A DNA stretch of 64,000 nucleotides from Eledone cirrhosa (lineage: Eukaryota): NCBI GenBank assembly GCA_964016885.1, contig OZ024743.1, positions 58,962,001-59,026,000 on the forward strand, written 5' to 3'. The notes under the pieces were generated by a model. The model did no database searches and was not told the DNA's origin. It worked only from the letters and a program-made list of their open reading frames with translations. The position numbers were made by a program, and so were the translations under genes. This document shows, piece after piece, positions 1 to 12,339 of this stretch (position 1 is the first letter of the stretch; each line of letters opens with the position of its first letter).

Positions 1-1800
1 TATGTCATAATAGGCAATCAAGAAAGATACTGTAACATCCGAATTTTCAAAATACAAACTTGAAATGACCTTAGGAAATGAAATAAGGGGTAGTAGTGTA
101 AGATAGAGGAACGGGTAGAGCGAGGGGCACAATAGAGAGAGAGAGAGAGAAAAGGGACGGAGGTAGGGAGAGAAAGAGAAAGAGATAGGGTGGTGTGAGA
201 GGATTTGTATAGAATATAGTTAAGTTACAAGAAGGGAGGGGGAGGAGGATTGTGTGCTAAAAGTTGTGATGAGTAGAGGGAGAGATAAGGAAGATAGAAT
301 TTTAAGTGGCATTTGGTAATGGACAGGCAAAAGTTTTACCAGAGAATAGATGAAGGAAGAAAGTATTAAATTTCATAGATAGTCTATTTTTAGGAGTGTA
401 GAATTGTTATTTAGGGTAGAAAAGTAGTGTTAAGATTTAGTTGAAGGTTTGAAGTGTGAGAATTTCGCTTTCAGTTTATGCTGGCAAAAGATTGACCTTT
501 CAATTTTGTTGTTGAGTAGTTGGTGGCCTGAGCTTAGGATATGGAAGAGCTCATTATTACACAACGGGCACGTTTTCATCCCACTCCGGTGTGGAGGAGC
601 ATGTGAGAGTTTGGTCCATTTAAGGGTGTATTGTCGGTTACTGCCTTTTAAGTGCCAAATTTTGTCGGCGAGGGTCGTTACGTAACGGTGTTGGGAGTGC
701 TTTATTGCGTAACGATGCGTGTACCAACGAGTTTTGAAGGTGTTTGAGGTGCTGCCTATGTAGTGCCAGGTTTGGTTGTCCGACTCAACCGAGCATCTGT
801 ACACTAGGTTTGAATGCAAACATTCGTTATTCAATGGACAATTCTCTGGAAGGTGGCAATTACAGTTTCTGTAATGGGTAGTGGTGGAGTTATAGGTGGG
901 CTGGGATGTGTGTGTGAGTGTGTTTTGTGCATACTGTTTGTTATTGGGTGGATGTGTATTAGGTGTATTATTGTGTTGAGTGATTGGGGTGTCGTTGTTA
1001 CGGAGTTTTTTGGCGTTGAGCATCTTAATGTGTGCGTCTAGGTTTGGTGCAGTGGAATAAGATAGTCTAATTGTTTTGGTATTGAGTATACTACTATATT
1101 TATATGAATTTGGAAAGTGTTTTCTTATAATTTTGTAGAATGTGGAAGGTAAGTTAAAGCTAATAGAAGAGTTAAAAATAGGATTATACCAAATGTAGGA
1201 TCTACTCCGTATTCTGTTTTGCTTTGGTGTTGCTGTTGTATTTGTGGTGTGGTTAGTATTAGGGGGGTCTAGGTGCGTGTGTGCGGGTGTTTGTGGGGTG
1301 TTTGGCGTGGCTATGGTTATGTGTTTTATGGTTGTGTCGGTCTATGTATTCTAGTTTGTCGGTATGGCCAGCCCGTTCTAATGCAGTGTTGTAATATTCA
1401 GTGTGTTGATAAAATATTTGTTGGTTAGATGAGAGGCGGGATATTCTAAGTGATATACTATGTGGCACGGACCTTATAATAGATAGTGGGTGGTTAGAGC
1501 TAGTGTGGGTGTAGGTGAGGTTCTCATTGTTTTGTGAAAGGGTGTGATAATTTGTGTGTTGAGATTGAAGGTGGCATCTAGGAAGTTAACTACTTTGGTA
1601 CTATATTCGTAGGTGATTTTAAGGCCAAGGCTGTATAGGGTTCTTCTAATGCTCTTACGGGTTCGCTCTATGTTTTGTTTATTCCTGTTTTTAACTAATA
1701 GGAGAGCGTCATCTCTATATATTCCGCGTCATATCTATATATTCCGCCTTGAATGTAACTAAATTTATTATGTAAGGTGTGGGCTATGTAAATACCAACA
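1..1800 (-). mobile_element. Penelope-like element, 5'-truncated (RT C-terminus/thumb plus GIY-YIG endonuclease)
   Basis: Minus-strand translation gives GGIYRD(D)ALL near 1700-1750 and YTHTSSNHPLS...PHSISLRISRLSS (RT thumb) near 1430-1520, then a GIY-YIG ORF at 430-1023. Frameshifts and stops are present. Confidence 0.85.
430..1023 (-). pseudogene. Penelope GIY-YIG endonuclease domain ORF
   Basis: CNC..CPLNNECL..NLVYRC...YIGSTSNTFKTRWYTH...CPLCNNE is the typical PLE GIY-YIG signature. Confidence 0.85.
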
Positions 1801-1827
1801 ATATCCATATGTATATATGTATATATA

Positions 1828-1937
1828 TTGTTTCTGCTTTGGGAACAAGCCCAGCAATTACCCAGTACATTACTGGTACTTTATTTTATCGACCCCGTAA
1901 GGATGAAATGCAAAGTTTAGAAGGATTTGAACTCAGT
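1828..1937 (-). mobile_element. tRNA-derived SINE fragment (dominant family)
   Basis: Contains cagtacattactggtactttattttatcgaccccgtaaggatgaaa, shared with the full copies at 3222 and 15345. Confidence 0.8.
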
Positions 1938-2189
1938 TATATATATGTTTTCTAAATGATAGTTTCTGATTTAGGCACAGGGCCTAAATAATCATAACAA
2001 ATTAGAAATGTGTCATCTTTCTTTAATGAATTAGATGTTTTATAGAATTTGTTGCTTTGATTTACATATGACTTCCTAATGCTTCTATTGTTTCGCTATT
2101 TGATGGTAAACACTCATCTTCCCAGTTTGTATCCTGCTTTCACTTTTCGCAATATAATAATTATAATAATAATAATAATTATTATCATA

Positions 2190-3212
2190 CCTGGAATGTT
2201 GCCAGACACTCACTGCCCTCTACCAAGCGGGCAATGCGATCAGTGGAACTTCCACTCTCGAGTTTTATAGAGGATTAGTGGTGGGCATGTGCGATGACGT
2301 ACTCGGAGAAGCTTTGGGCCTCGACGAAGTCGAACTGACCAGTCTGTACCGGAGGACTTTGAGCCGGGGACGATGGACAATTTCCAGAAATCCCTCGCTT
2401 GGCAGTGCTACCGGGGGCACTGCTGGTTCGGGATGAACTCTACAGGTACGGAAGTGCTGTCAGACGGACCTGCCCAAGATGCGCACAGAACGACGAAACC
2501 GTTCTGCCCGCACTTGTCCAATGTCCGTTCATTACTGACATGTGGAGTTAACTCGAACAGCTACTGTAGCGTGTGGAACGAATCCGGCTATCGGCCGAGT
2601 CCATAGTGTAGATCGATCCACCGCCATCCTTAGGTCAGGAAGAGCAGGAAATTTTCCTCTGTCTGGTGGCAGTTGCGAAAGAAGTTATATGGTGGACCAG
2701 GTTAACAGGACTGAAGACAGACACTTTTCTCTTCGGCCAATCCCTCATCAACTTCTTCAAGTTTCACCTGGAAAGGAAGGTGAGGGTGGAGAGAGAAGTG
2801 CTGCCCCCCCCCCACCTCCCCCCAGTACATTTGCTAAAAGGTGGGTGAATTTGGCGAGAATGGCTCGTGTGAACGGGCCTACTCTGACCATGCGCCTATA
2901 GGCTAGCTAACTTGAGGAGAGGGGTGCTCTCCCTGGGTGCCCTAGAAGCGCAGGGTTGTTCAGGATTGGTGGGATACCCGAGTCACCCCAGGGTCGTCCA
3001 CCCCCTATCGGGGAATTTATTTTGTTATATTTATGCATAGTTTATTTTATATTTTTATATTTTCATTGTTAAAATAGTCTTGCCATCGTGAACTTTTACT
3101 CAACCTTATTGTAAACCCACAAAGTCCCTGTCATTGTATTGTCCCCTACATTTCGGCTCTTGTGGCTAATAAATGAAATCATTATTATTATCATTATTAT
3201 TCTTATTATTAT
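2190..3212 (+). mobile_element. Tx1/L1-clade LINE 3' fragment with AATAAA and (ATT)n tail
   Basis: MDNFQKSLAWQCYRG and the C-terminal CCHC region are homologous to 10072-10586 and 17518-18032. AATAAA near 3169 is followed by (ATT)n. Confidence 0.85.
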
Positions 3213-3221
3213 TTCATTCAA

Positions 3222-3410
3222 CTTGCGGTGGATTGGCAGTATCGGTAGAGGGTCGGATGCCATGCTTTCCAGCATAGTTACGTCCCTTTACGATCTGAGT
3301 TCAAATCGCGCCGAGGTTGACTTTGCCTTTCATCCTTACGGGGTCGATAAAATAAAGTACCAGTAATGCATTGGGTAATTGCTGGCCTTGTGCCTAAATT
3401 AGAAACAATT
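3222..3410 (+). mobile_element. Full-length tRNA-derived SINE with 13-bp TSD
   Basis: A-box-like tggcagtatcgg and B-box gagttcaaatc. The central gcctttcatccttacggggtcgataaaataaagtaccag resembles the Meta/Nin-type SINE core as recalled. TSD attatttcattca at 3208-3220 and 3408-3420. Confidence 0.9.
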
Positions 3411-3420
3411 ATTTCATTCA

Positions 3421-4210
3421 TCTTGCTTTATGTTACGAGTTATCAACAAGTCACAAACAGTGACCTCAAGAGACCAAAAGGTCCGCCTTTTCAAGAAAGA
3501 ACACATACACACATATGTGTGTTTAGACTTGTGATATATATATATATTGACAGAATCTTCCTTAGTATATGGGTAGTTCCCATTAGTACTATGTTTCCTC
3601 TTTCTTCTATAAGCTGGTTTCCTGGGATTTGGGATATGTAATCCTTAGACTCCTTAGGTATCCTTCCTAGAGCGCCTACAACTACTGGTGTTGTTTTAGT
3701 TCTCAAATTCCGCATTTTCCCAATCTCTATCTTCAGTTCCTTATTCTTGCTCAATTTTTCAAATGTTTTAATCGATACATTCTTGTCTATAGGAGCGGAT
3801 ATGTCAATTAGCAGGCATCCCCTCTTTTAAAGTCCTTCAGTATTATATCAGGTCTATTTGCATCTATTTTGCATCTATTTTTGTTCTGTTTGGATGCTAA
3901 AATGCCACAAAATTGAAATGTGACTTGTTTCATGTATGGGAGGTGGTTGATGCTGCCCCTAATTCATTTGAAGGGGCAGGTCAAAATTACACATTACCCA
4001 ATGTATGTATTTTGCAGCTCTGTCGTGCCTGTTTAGGTATTCGGCTGGAACTATACGACTGCACCTTGAAATTATATGATCAATGTTCTCTTGCTGTATT
4101 TTACATATATAGCATAATGGGTTGCATCCTATTTTTAATAAGGTTGGCTTGATAATCTTTTGTTGGCAGACACTGATCTTGTGCTGATATAATCAGTCCT
4201 TCAGTTTTTC
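3421..4210 (-). mobile_element. Dong/R4-type RLE non-LTR retrotransposon 3' fragment
   Basis: Translates to TEGLIISAQDQCL..., RPDII..CLLIDISAP..KELKIEIGKMRNLRTKTTPVVVGALG, a restriction-like endonuclease C-terminus. Degenerate. Confidence 0.75.
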
Positions 4211-4245
4211 GAAAGTAGGTTTATAATTATTATTTTTCATTCAAC

Positions 4246-4478
4246 TTTCGTAGCTGTCTCAGCGGCCTAGTTGAAGGAATCGTAGACGGTGGTGAACTTG
4301 GTCTGAAGTTCGAACCTAGTCGTGAGTAGGTTTCCCGGTAAACTTTTTCAGTTTTTTTTTATGGGATATAAAATAAAAACTGAAAAAGTTTACATGCACC
4401 ACTTGGAATTGAAACCTAGATCAAGATCTACACTGTCTCTAGTACCTACCGCTTGGCTACTGAGACAGCCACGAAAAT
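4246..4478. repeat. Two convergent tRNA-like (SINE head) sequences
   Basis: Plus strand tttcgtagctgtctcagcggcctagttg...gttcgaacc; minus strand ttttcgtggctgtctcagtagccaagcgg...ggtttcaattcc. A related plus-strand head occurs at 5826-5905. Confidence 0.5.
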
Positions 4479-4600
4479 AGAGATATTTGAATATACTATG
4501 ATTTGAATATACTAAGATTTGGGCTTACTTTATTCATATATATAAATGATTTTGCATTTCTGTTAGATTCAAACTTACAATGATTGGCATTGTATATATT

Positions 4601-5321
4601 AGGAATGGTGCTCTGAAATAGCGATGTATACATGAATGTATGTATAGTATATTTGGCAATATACAGTATGTTTAATCAAAAATATTTAGAAGACCATGCG
4701 CTATCAGTTTTAAAGTAATCACTATGTAACTTCATTTCGGCGAAAGGAAGTGAGAGAAGCTGTCAGTCCGTTTCACGCTGGTTGGCGTTCATCAGAGCCA
4801 CGTACACCCCTGATTCCGCCAAAAATTATAGAAGCTGGATTCTTATAGAATCTCTGTAATAATCAGGAGCTGATTATTCTGAGCGATTGTCGGTCAGCAA
4901 AAATTAGGTATTAGGATTGTTGCTCTGAAATAGCGATGTATATATGAATGTAAGTCTAGTCTATTTGGCAATATACCGTATGTTTAATTAAACACATTTA
5001 GAAGACCACACGCTATCAGTTTTAAAATAGTGACTATGTCACTTACTTCATTTCGGCGAAAGAAGGGGGAGAAGATGACAGTCTGTTTCACGGTGGTTGG
5101 TGTTGATCAGAGCCACATACTCCCCTGCTTCCGCCGAAAATTATAGAAGTTGGATTCTTATTGAATTCCAGTAATAATCAGGAGCTCATTATGCTTATTA
5201 TGCCGGTCCAGCAAAAATTAGATATCAGGATTGGTGCTCTGGAATAGCGAGGTATACATGAATGTATGTATCGTATATTTGGCAATATACCATCTGTTTA
5301 ATTAAAAACATTTAGAAGACC
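4601..5321 (+). repeat. About 312-bp tandem repeat, about 2.3 units
   Basis: tgctctg(a/g)aatagcga(t/g)gtata recurs near 4609, 4922 and 5235. An inverted copy of the family lies at 58500-59015. Confidence 0.85.
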
Positions 5322-5340
5322 AGCTTACAATGATTAGCAT

Positions 5341-5436
<96 letters not shown>
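5341..5436. repeat. (TA)n microsatellite
   Basis: Directly visible. Confidence 0.95.
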
Positions 5437-5648
5437 CGCAAAAGAATGAGTTACAAGTCGTTCAAACATATATATGTTTGTTGAAATAATCAAATTAAAT
5501 TAATTCAACAGTTAAACTCACATAGGAATAATGATGTTGTCACCAAAGACCCAGGAGATTGACAAGTCGCCCCTAAATATTACTAATAGCATTAAGAATG
5601 AAAGACACCACATATTTTTAACTTTGATTCTGAAAGTAGGTTTATAAT

Positions 5649-5795
5649 TAATTGTTTCTACTTTAGGCACAAGGCCAGCAATTACCAAGTGCATTACTGG
5701 TACTTTATTTTATCGACCCCGTAAGGATGAAAGGCAAAGTCAACCTCGGCGGGATTTGATCTCAGATCGTAAAGGGACGTAACTATGCTGGAAAG
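5649..5795 (-). mobile_element. 5'-truncated SINE with 16-bp TSD
   Basis: Reverse copy of the 3222 family flanked by gaaagtaggtttataa at 5633-5648 and 5791-5806. Confidence 0.85.
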
Positions 5796-6341
5796 TAGGT
5801 TTATAACTAATAATTTTTATTATGCTTCGTAGCTCTCTCGGCAGCCTAGTTGGAGCAATCATGGATGGTGGTTATCCTGGTCTGAAGTTCGATCCTGGTG
5901 GAAAGTATGGTAAACCTTTTCAGTCCAGAGGGTGCCAACCACTGATGGGTGTCAACATAGGATCGTTAGCTTTTACAGGGTATTTTCCATACGGAGGCAT
6001 TTCTTGTCATTTCTTAGGCAGTTTCTTTCTTTACTATTACTTTTACCTGCTTGCTTTTTCTGTGTTTTTCATTTCAGCAGTAAAGGGAACTTCTAAAATG
6101 TGTACATTCCTGTATCCATTTGCATCGTTTATAATGGAGTATGACCTTGTGTTGCTTTCATATTTCAAAACGAGTTTGATCTTTCAATCATGTGCTTCCC
6201 TTAGATATGTAGATAATCCAATTGTTGCAGTTTTCAAAGAAATATCTAAATGGATTAATCCACGTCTCACTAATACGGCACCCCTTTACAGGGTGTCGTA
6301 TTCGTATTTGTGTAAAAATATTTCTTTTGAAAAATTTCAAT

Positions 6342-8337
6342 ATGGATAACACAAGAAAGAGAGAGAGCGCTGTCAGACAACACAGAGAGAGGGAGACTTT
6401 ATCAGCATGTCAACAAGACAGCGTTCCAGCGGAGGTAAATACAAACGAAAATATTACAAAGGAAAAGAAGATTGTTACAGATTTAAAATTAACAAATATT
6501 TCTAACACAAGCAACACCAACAATATCACAAACAACAACACCAACAACAACACCATCAATAACAACAGCAACAACAAAAATAACAGCGGTAAAGTCGAGA
6601 ACGACAATAACAAAAATAACAGCGGTAAGGTCGAGAACAACAGCCACAACAACAATAATAGTAGGAACAGTATCAACAAAAACAACAATAATAACAACAT
6701 CCACAATAATAACAACAACAACAGCAACAGTATCAACGAAAACAACAACAACAACACCAACAACTGTACCAACGAAAACAACAACAATGACACCGATACC
6801 TGTAATTGCGATCTCAGCACCAGTAGCGGCAGAAAAATGGGATCACTTCTTTTGCAGGTGTCGCCCGAAATATCGAGACAGTGTTAGTCACAGAGGAGGA
6901 GATGGCAGTCGCAAGGTCTATGGTGACAAGAAGCGCAAATAAGTTTCCCTGAAACCGCCACCCGATTTTTTCAAGGACCAGCAGCTACGGAGGGTGATTT
7001 ACCGAACCGTAAGCAAAATCTCACATCGAGTGGAGAGAGCCACGGAGGCTCAAATCCAAAAGGCCTTGGGGTGCGTCTGGGCACGCAAAACCTGCATCAC
7101 CCCAGGCAGAAAGTACGCCACAGTAGACGTACTTTTCGCCACCCCTCAGGAAACAAAGTCTCACTCTTTGGAAACCCTAAAGAGTCAGGAGATAGTCTTG
7201 GTGCTCTCCTACTGCGGGCAGAAAATTGTGAGGGTCAAAGTGACCCAGGTCCCACCCGACGTGCCCATACCTTGGCTGGCCGCATCTGTCCTTGCTGGAA
7301 TCGAGAACAGGACGACCATGCTGCAAGTAGAGAAAATAGGGAGAGAGAACTGGTCAGGTATAGGCATGCAAATGCTTATACAAACTGACCAGGGATGTAT
7401 CGACGCTATCCCTGATATCATAGACATCGAGGAAGGACTCCAACTCCCTATAAGTGTAGAAGGAAGACGGCCAAAATGTTATCTCTGTAAGTCGAAGGGT
7501 CACCTCAGGGCGTTTTGCCCGCAGAAGACAGCGAAAAAGGCCCCTCTCTTTCCAATACCTGGTCCGCTGCTACCTAGAGCAGGGCAGGCAACAAACGAAG
7601 AAGCCCCTTCCATGGTGAGTAGGAAGGCAACGTCCGTAGCACCCGTACCAAGGCCACGGACAACTAAAGCAACATCATCAGTGGCGGCAACACCAATAGC
7701 TACATTTGAAGTAGCTACACCAGCAACAAAATTGCCGAAGAGGTCTCCACTACCACCACCAACAGCCGTGGAGCACATACCCCTCCCAGACGCCACAGAA
7801 TCCGACATGGAGTTTGAGGTGGGAGTGAAGTGGCAAACGGTCTGCCACAAAAAACAAAAAACAAAAAACCCTTAGGTTCACCCTCCAAAAGCGAAGGCAT
7901 ACAAAGAGGGGTAAAGGCAGCAAGGAAACTTGCAGCAACACCACCATCCTCACCACCACAAGCACCACTGACAACAACAACTACACCACCACCAGCATCA
8001 CCAAAAACACCAACAACGCAAACACAACAAGACACATACACCAAACAGCAACGAGAAGAAAACAACAACAAAATCACCCCTCCCCCCAAAAAGTACACAG
8101 CCATAAACATGCCAAAAAAAGAACTCACCAACACCAAGAACTCTCCCGACAAACATAAGCATCATCGAAATCTCAATAGAACAGTACAAATCTTTAAAGC
8201 AAAAATTCCCCAACGCAGTTGGAGACTTCAGAGGATCGGTTACCAAGAGGATATACACTGACATCCTCTTGGAAACACCCATTACCAGCGAAAGGGACGG
8301 TTCTACTGTCCCTTCACCATACGAACAAGAGAAGTGA
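6342..8337 (+). pseudogene. Tx1 ORF1 (Asn-rich N-terminus, CCHC knuckle CYLCKSKGHLRAFC, Pro/Thr-rich tail), frameshifted
   Basis: Assembled from ORF segments 6222-6887, 6994-7875 and 7830-8261. Confidence 0.8.
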
Positions 8338-8369
8338 CCCTTTCTCACTTGCCCCGTTTCTCATCCAAC

Positions 8370-10586
8370 ATGGCCGTACTAAGAATAGTCAGTATAAATG
8401 CACGTGGCCTGGGGTCATCTTGGAAGCAGGGTCACCTGCTCAACGACCTCAGGTCACTAAACATAGATGTGGTGGCCATCAGTGAAACCAGAATCCCCGA
8501 AGCACAAGCCTTCGCACCGATCTTCGGCGGCTACGATGTATACGCATCTCCCAGCCGTCCAGGATCGGGGGGAGGGGTCGCCGTCCTTTTTCGGAGAGGC
8601 TTGGATCTCGCGATACGGGCCATCTTCCTGGACCCAGAAGGTAAGTCGGTGGTGCTGGACGTGACCGGCAGCGAAGGCAATGCTTTCAGGCTGGTTTCTG
8701 TCTACGCCCCAACAGGGGCAGGACGGCCAAATTTCTTCAGACATCTAGAGACCTTTCTTGGAACGTCCCGCTCTTTAGTGTTAGTGGGCGACTGGAATGG
8801 TATCTTGGATGCACGCTGGAATCGTGTGGGGCTAGTGGATAGGGGAGGAGGGTGCAAGAGCCTCACCAACCTGCTCAGACGTTTTGAACTGTCTGACAGG
8901 TATCGACTGGATCACCCGAATGTGCCAATGTGGACATGGACAAACCGTATCGGGTCATCCAGATCGTATCTCCATAGGGTATTCAGCAGAGAACTAGATA
9001 AGGCTAGTATAAGTTGTCCACAATTTAAAATAGTCGACTACACAGTCCACACATTTGTGATCTGTGAGATCGACATAGACAGACTTCATAGACAAGGGCC
9101 TGGTTACTGAAAGCTGAACGCGTCTTTCCCGGAGCGCAAGGCCTACAGACACCAGATTAGCGTATTAGTTAAGCGGGCGTTGACGGGAGGGGTCGTCAAC
9201 AACAGGTGGTGGTTCGCCTTGAAAAAGGGCAATTAAAGTAGAGTAGATTAGGTTTAGCAAAGGAGTAGTGATAGAGGAACATAGAGTAGAGGGAGAGCTA
9301 GTCAGGAAGCTAGAAGAGGCGTTTAGGACAGGCATCGCAACCGACGTGCTTGCGGCGAGATTGGCCCTCGACCAATTCTTCAAGGCAAAACACGAAGGCT
9401 GCGTTGTCACAACTAGAGCGCGTGCTCTGAAACATGAGGGGACAAACGCCGTCCAATGAGCCCTGGTGGCAGAGGGGCGACGTCGCAACAAAGCCACAAT
9501 TCGGTCTTTGTCTGACCAAAACGGGTGCGTGATGCTCGAAACCGAGCGGATGTGTGAAGCTTTTCAGCAGCACTTTGTTGAACTGTTAGAGAGCGGCGGA
9601 GGCCCGGATCGGGGCATTAATTTCAGTGCATACCTTGACGGACTGCCTCGGCTCTCAACGACCTCAGCACAGTGTTGCTAAAAGCCAATAACAGCTGGTG
9701 AAATACGGGAAGCAATGGCTAACTGCAAAAGGGGTGAATCGCCAGGTTTGGATGGTCTGCCCTACGAGCTTTATGCATTTATGTCAGACTTGTTCGGTGA
9801 CCTCTTGGCAGACGTTTACTGCAAATGGCAGCAGAACTGGAGCATCTCCAGTTTTGTGAGCCGGGGAGCAGTGGCGCTGCTGAGAAAAGTCCCGAACAAA
9901 GGGGATGTCATCGAAAATTTCAGAGCCTTAATCATGCTAAACGCAGAGTTCAAGATTTTGGTCTTGGTGTTAGCAACGAGGTTGGCGCTTGTCGTCAAGG
10001 GTCTGGTGGGAGAGGCGTCGAAGAAGATCAGCTGTTTGCTCTCTTCCGGAGAACTTTCAGCCCAGGATCTATGGATAACTTCCAGAAATCCCCGACTTGG
10101 CAGTGCTACCGGGGAGCATTGCCGGCTCGAGATAAGCTCTACAGGCATGGAAGTGCCGTCAGCCGAGCCTGTCCGAGATGCGCGCAGAGCGACTAAACCG
10201 TCGTGCACGCACTCTTTCAGTGACCGGGTATTGCTGACTTGTGGTGCTATGTCGAACATTTGCTGTCACATGTAGGACCGATCATGTTATCGACTGAGTC
10301 CATTGTGCAGATGATCTCGCCGTCTTCTTTCGAGGAGGAAGGGCAGGTAGTCTTCATCTGCCTGGTGGCCATGGCGAAAGAGGTTTTGTAGTGGACAAGG
10401 TTGAAAGGGTTAAAGAGAGACACTTTCCTCTTCGGCGAATCCCTGATTAACTTTTTAAAGTTTCACTTGAAGAGGAAAATCAGGGTGGAGAGGCAAGTGC
10501 TGCCTTTTAGAAAGTTTGTTGAAAGGTGGGTGAATGCAGCGAGAATGGTCCGAGTGAACGGGATCGCTCTGAATATACGCTTGTAG
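8370..10586 (+). pseudogene. Tx1 ORF2 (APE endonuclease-RT), disrupted
   Basis: SINARGL, AISET, VYAP, VGDWN and SRSYLHR endonuclease motifs. Stops at 9108-9110 and later; internal deletion near 10017. Confidence 0.85.
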
Positions 10587-10912
10587 TTTGAGGAATGAAC
10601 AATTTGAGAGAGGGCGCTTGCCCTGGTGGTCAGGGTGTACGTGCTCTTTTATGTGTTTTTCGCCACGAGTAACCTCGGAGATTTCCAACATATTAGGGAA
10701 TTTTTCATTGTTTGAATTTTCATTTTTATTGTTCATATATATATATGTTTCGATGTCTTTTTTTTCTTTTTCGTTTCTTATATAAATAATAAATATCTTT
10801 ACACGCGCAAAACCCACATCGTACCGTCCTGTACAGTCCTGTGCCGTCTGTAATGTTTTTCTTGATGTCAGCCCTTGTGGCCAATAAAGAAATCATTATT
10901 ATTATTATTATT

Positions 10913-11928
10913 GATATTTTTATTCTTTGAGTCTCAGTCATTGATGTTATTTAACTGCAAAGTTTGTTGAAATGAATATCAAGCTGCTACCTGCAGCCTC
11001 AGATATTCAGGACGTATCGGAGGGTTTTTGCTGTTCCCAGCAAGCATGCCTTTTGAAGTGTTCCGAAAAGCAGGGATGCACTAATTTTCTTTAACCATCT
11101 TTGGAACCTCTTTGAGATAGTACCTAGTGCGCCTATAACAATCGGGACGACTCTGACTTCATGGCAGTTCCAAATCCTTTTTACCTCCCACTTTAAGTCC
11201 TGGTGTCGGTTAATTTTCTCCATCTCCCTTTCTTGCACTCTCGTGTCGAATGGGAAGGCTACATCTACAATCAGGCACGATCCTTTTTCCAAAAGCACCA
11301 GGTCAGGCCTATTGTGTTCTAATTTCTTGTCCGTCTGTATCCTAAAATCCCATAGTACATTCACCTGATCGTTTTCTAACACCGACTCTGGCTTATGCTC
11401 ATACCACTTCTAGGAATGTGATAAATTGTTTACTTTGCACAAGTGCCAGTGGATCACCCTGCCCATCACACCATGTCTCCAGCCTTTATAGTGAGTCTGG
11501 GCTAGGTGTTTACACTCGGATACAATTTGAGCCACAGTCTCCTCTCTCTCTCCACAGATCCTACACAGTGGGCTAGCCTTATCCTTGTAAATATGGTGTT
11601 TCATCCACTTCGTTCTGAGGGCCTGCTCTTGCGCAGCCATTAGCATTCCTTCTGTCGCCTTTCTAAGGTCTCCTCTTTTTAGCCAATTCCATGTCTTGGG
11701 ATCTCCAAATTCAGTTTTCTCAAAGAAAGGGATTTTTCATGAAGGTTGCTCCTACTCCTTGTTGTTATTGCCTCCTTGGACTTACCCTGGTCGCTTGTCC
11801 TCTCCTTCAATTCAATTCTGAGCATTGGCTCCCAACTGTCAGTCACGTATTTGTGCAGGTTGTTTTTCTCCATCTGAACACAGTCCTCTATGCAGATAAG
11901 ACCTCTTCCACCTTCAGATCTCTTTAAG
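10913..11928 (-). mobile_element. Dong/R4-type RLE LINE 3' fragment
   Basis: AAQEQALRT..CRICGEREETVAQIVSEC zinc finger and WDFRIQTD..HNRPDLV..VDVAFPFD..DLKWE..VVPIVIGALG RLE domain. Confidence 0.85.
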
Positions 11929-11942
11929 TATTATTATTATTA

Positions 11943-12339
11943 TTTTCAAATTTCATTTGAAAAGGAAAATCAGGGTAGAGTGGGATGTGCTCTCTTCCCA
12001 GCATTTTGTTGAAAGATGGGTGAGAGAGGCAAGAATGGCCCGAGTGAATGGGCCTACTCTGAATATGTGTCTGTAAATTAAAGGTGGAAAACTGGGAGAG
12101 GGTACTTGCCCTGGTCACTGTGGCTTTTTAATGGGCTTTCTCCACGAATATCCCTCGGAAGTCTCCCCCATATTGGGGAATTTTTAATTGTTATATTATT
12201 GTTACATCTTCTGTTTTTGTTTTTTACACGCAGAAATGCCCATTTGTACCGTCCTGTATTGTCCTGCACTGTCCTTAATGTCTACTTCATGTAAACCCTT
12301 GTGGTTAATAAAGAAATCATTATTATTATTATTATTATT
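11943..12339 (+). mobile_element. Tx1 3'-end fragment nearly identical to the 3' end of copy 2
   Basis: Matches 17918-18300. Bounded by (ATT)n on both sides. Confidence 0.9.

Larger units (their letters stand above)
5947..10912 (+). mobile_element. Tx1/L1-clade LINE copy 1 (near full length, RT core deleted)
   Basis: ORF1 has a zinc knuckle. ORF2 has an APE endonuclease, the RT N-terminal part (SPGLDGLPYELY) and the C-terminal region, ending in AATAAA (10883) plus (ATT)n. The 5' boundary is approximate. Confidence 0.9.

Noticed and set aside
6410-6820. Leu-rich, membrane-like 136-aa ORF
   Set aside because: Antisense reading of the (AAC)n Asn-rich part of Tx1 ORF1.
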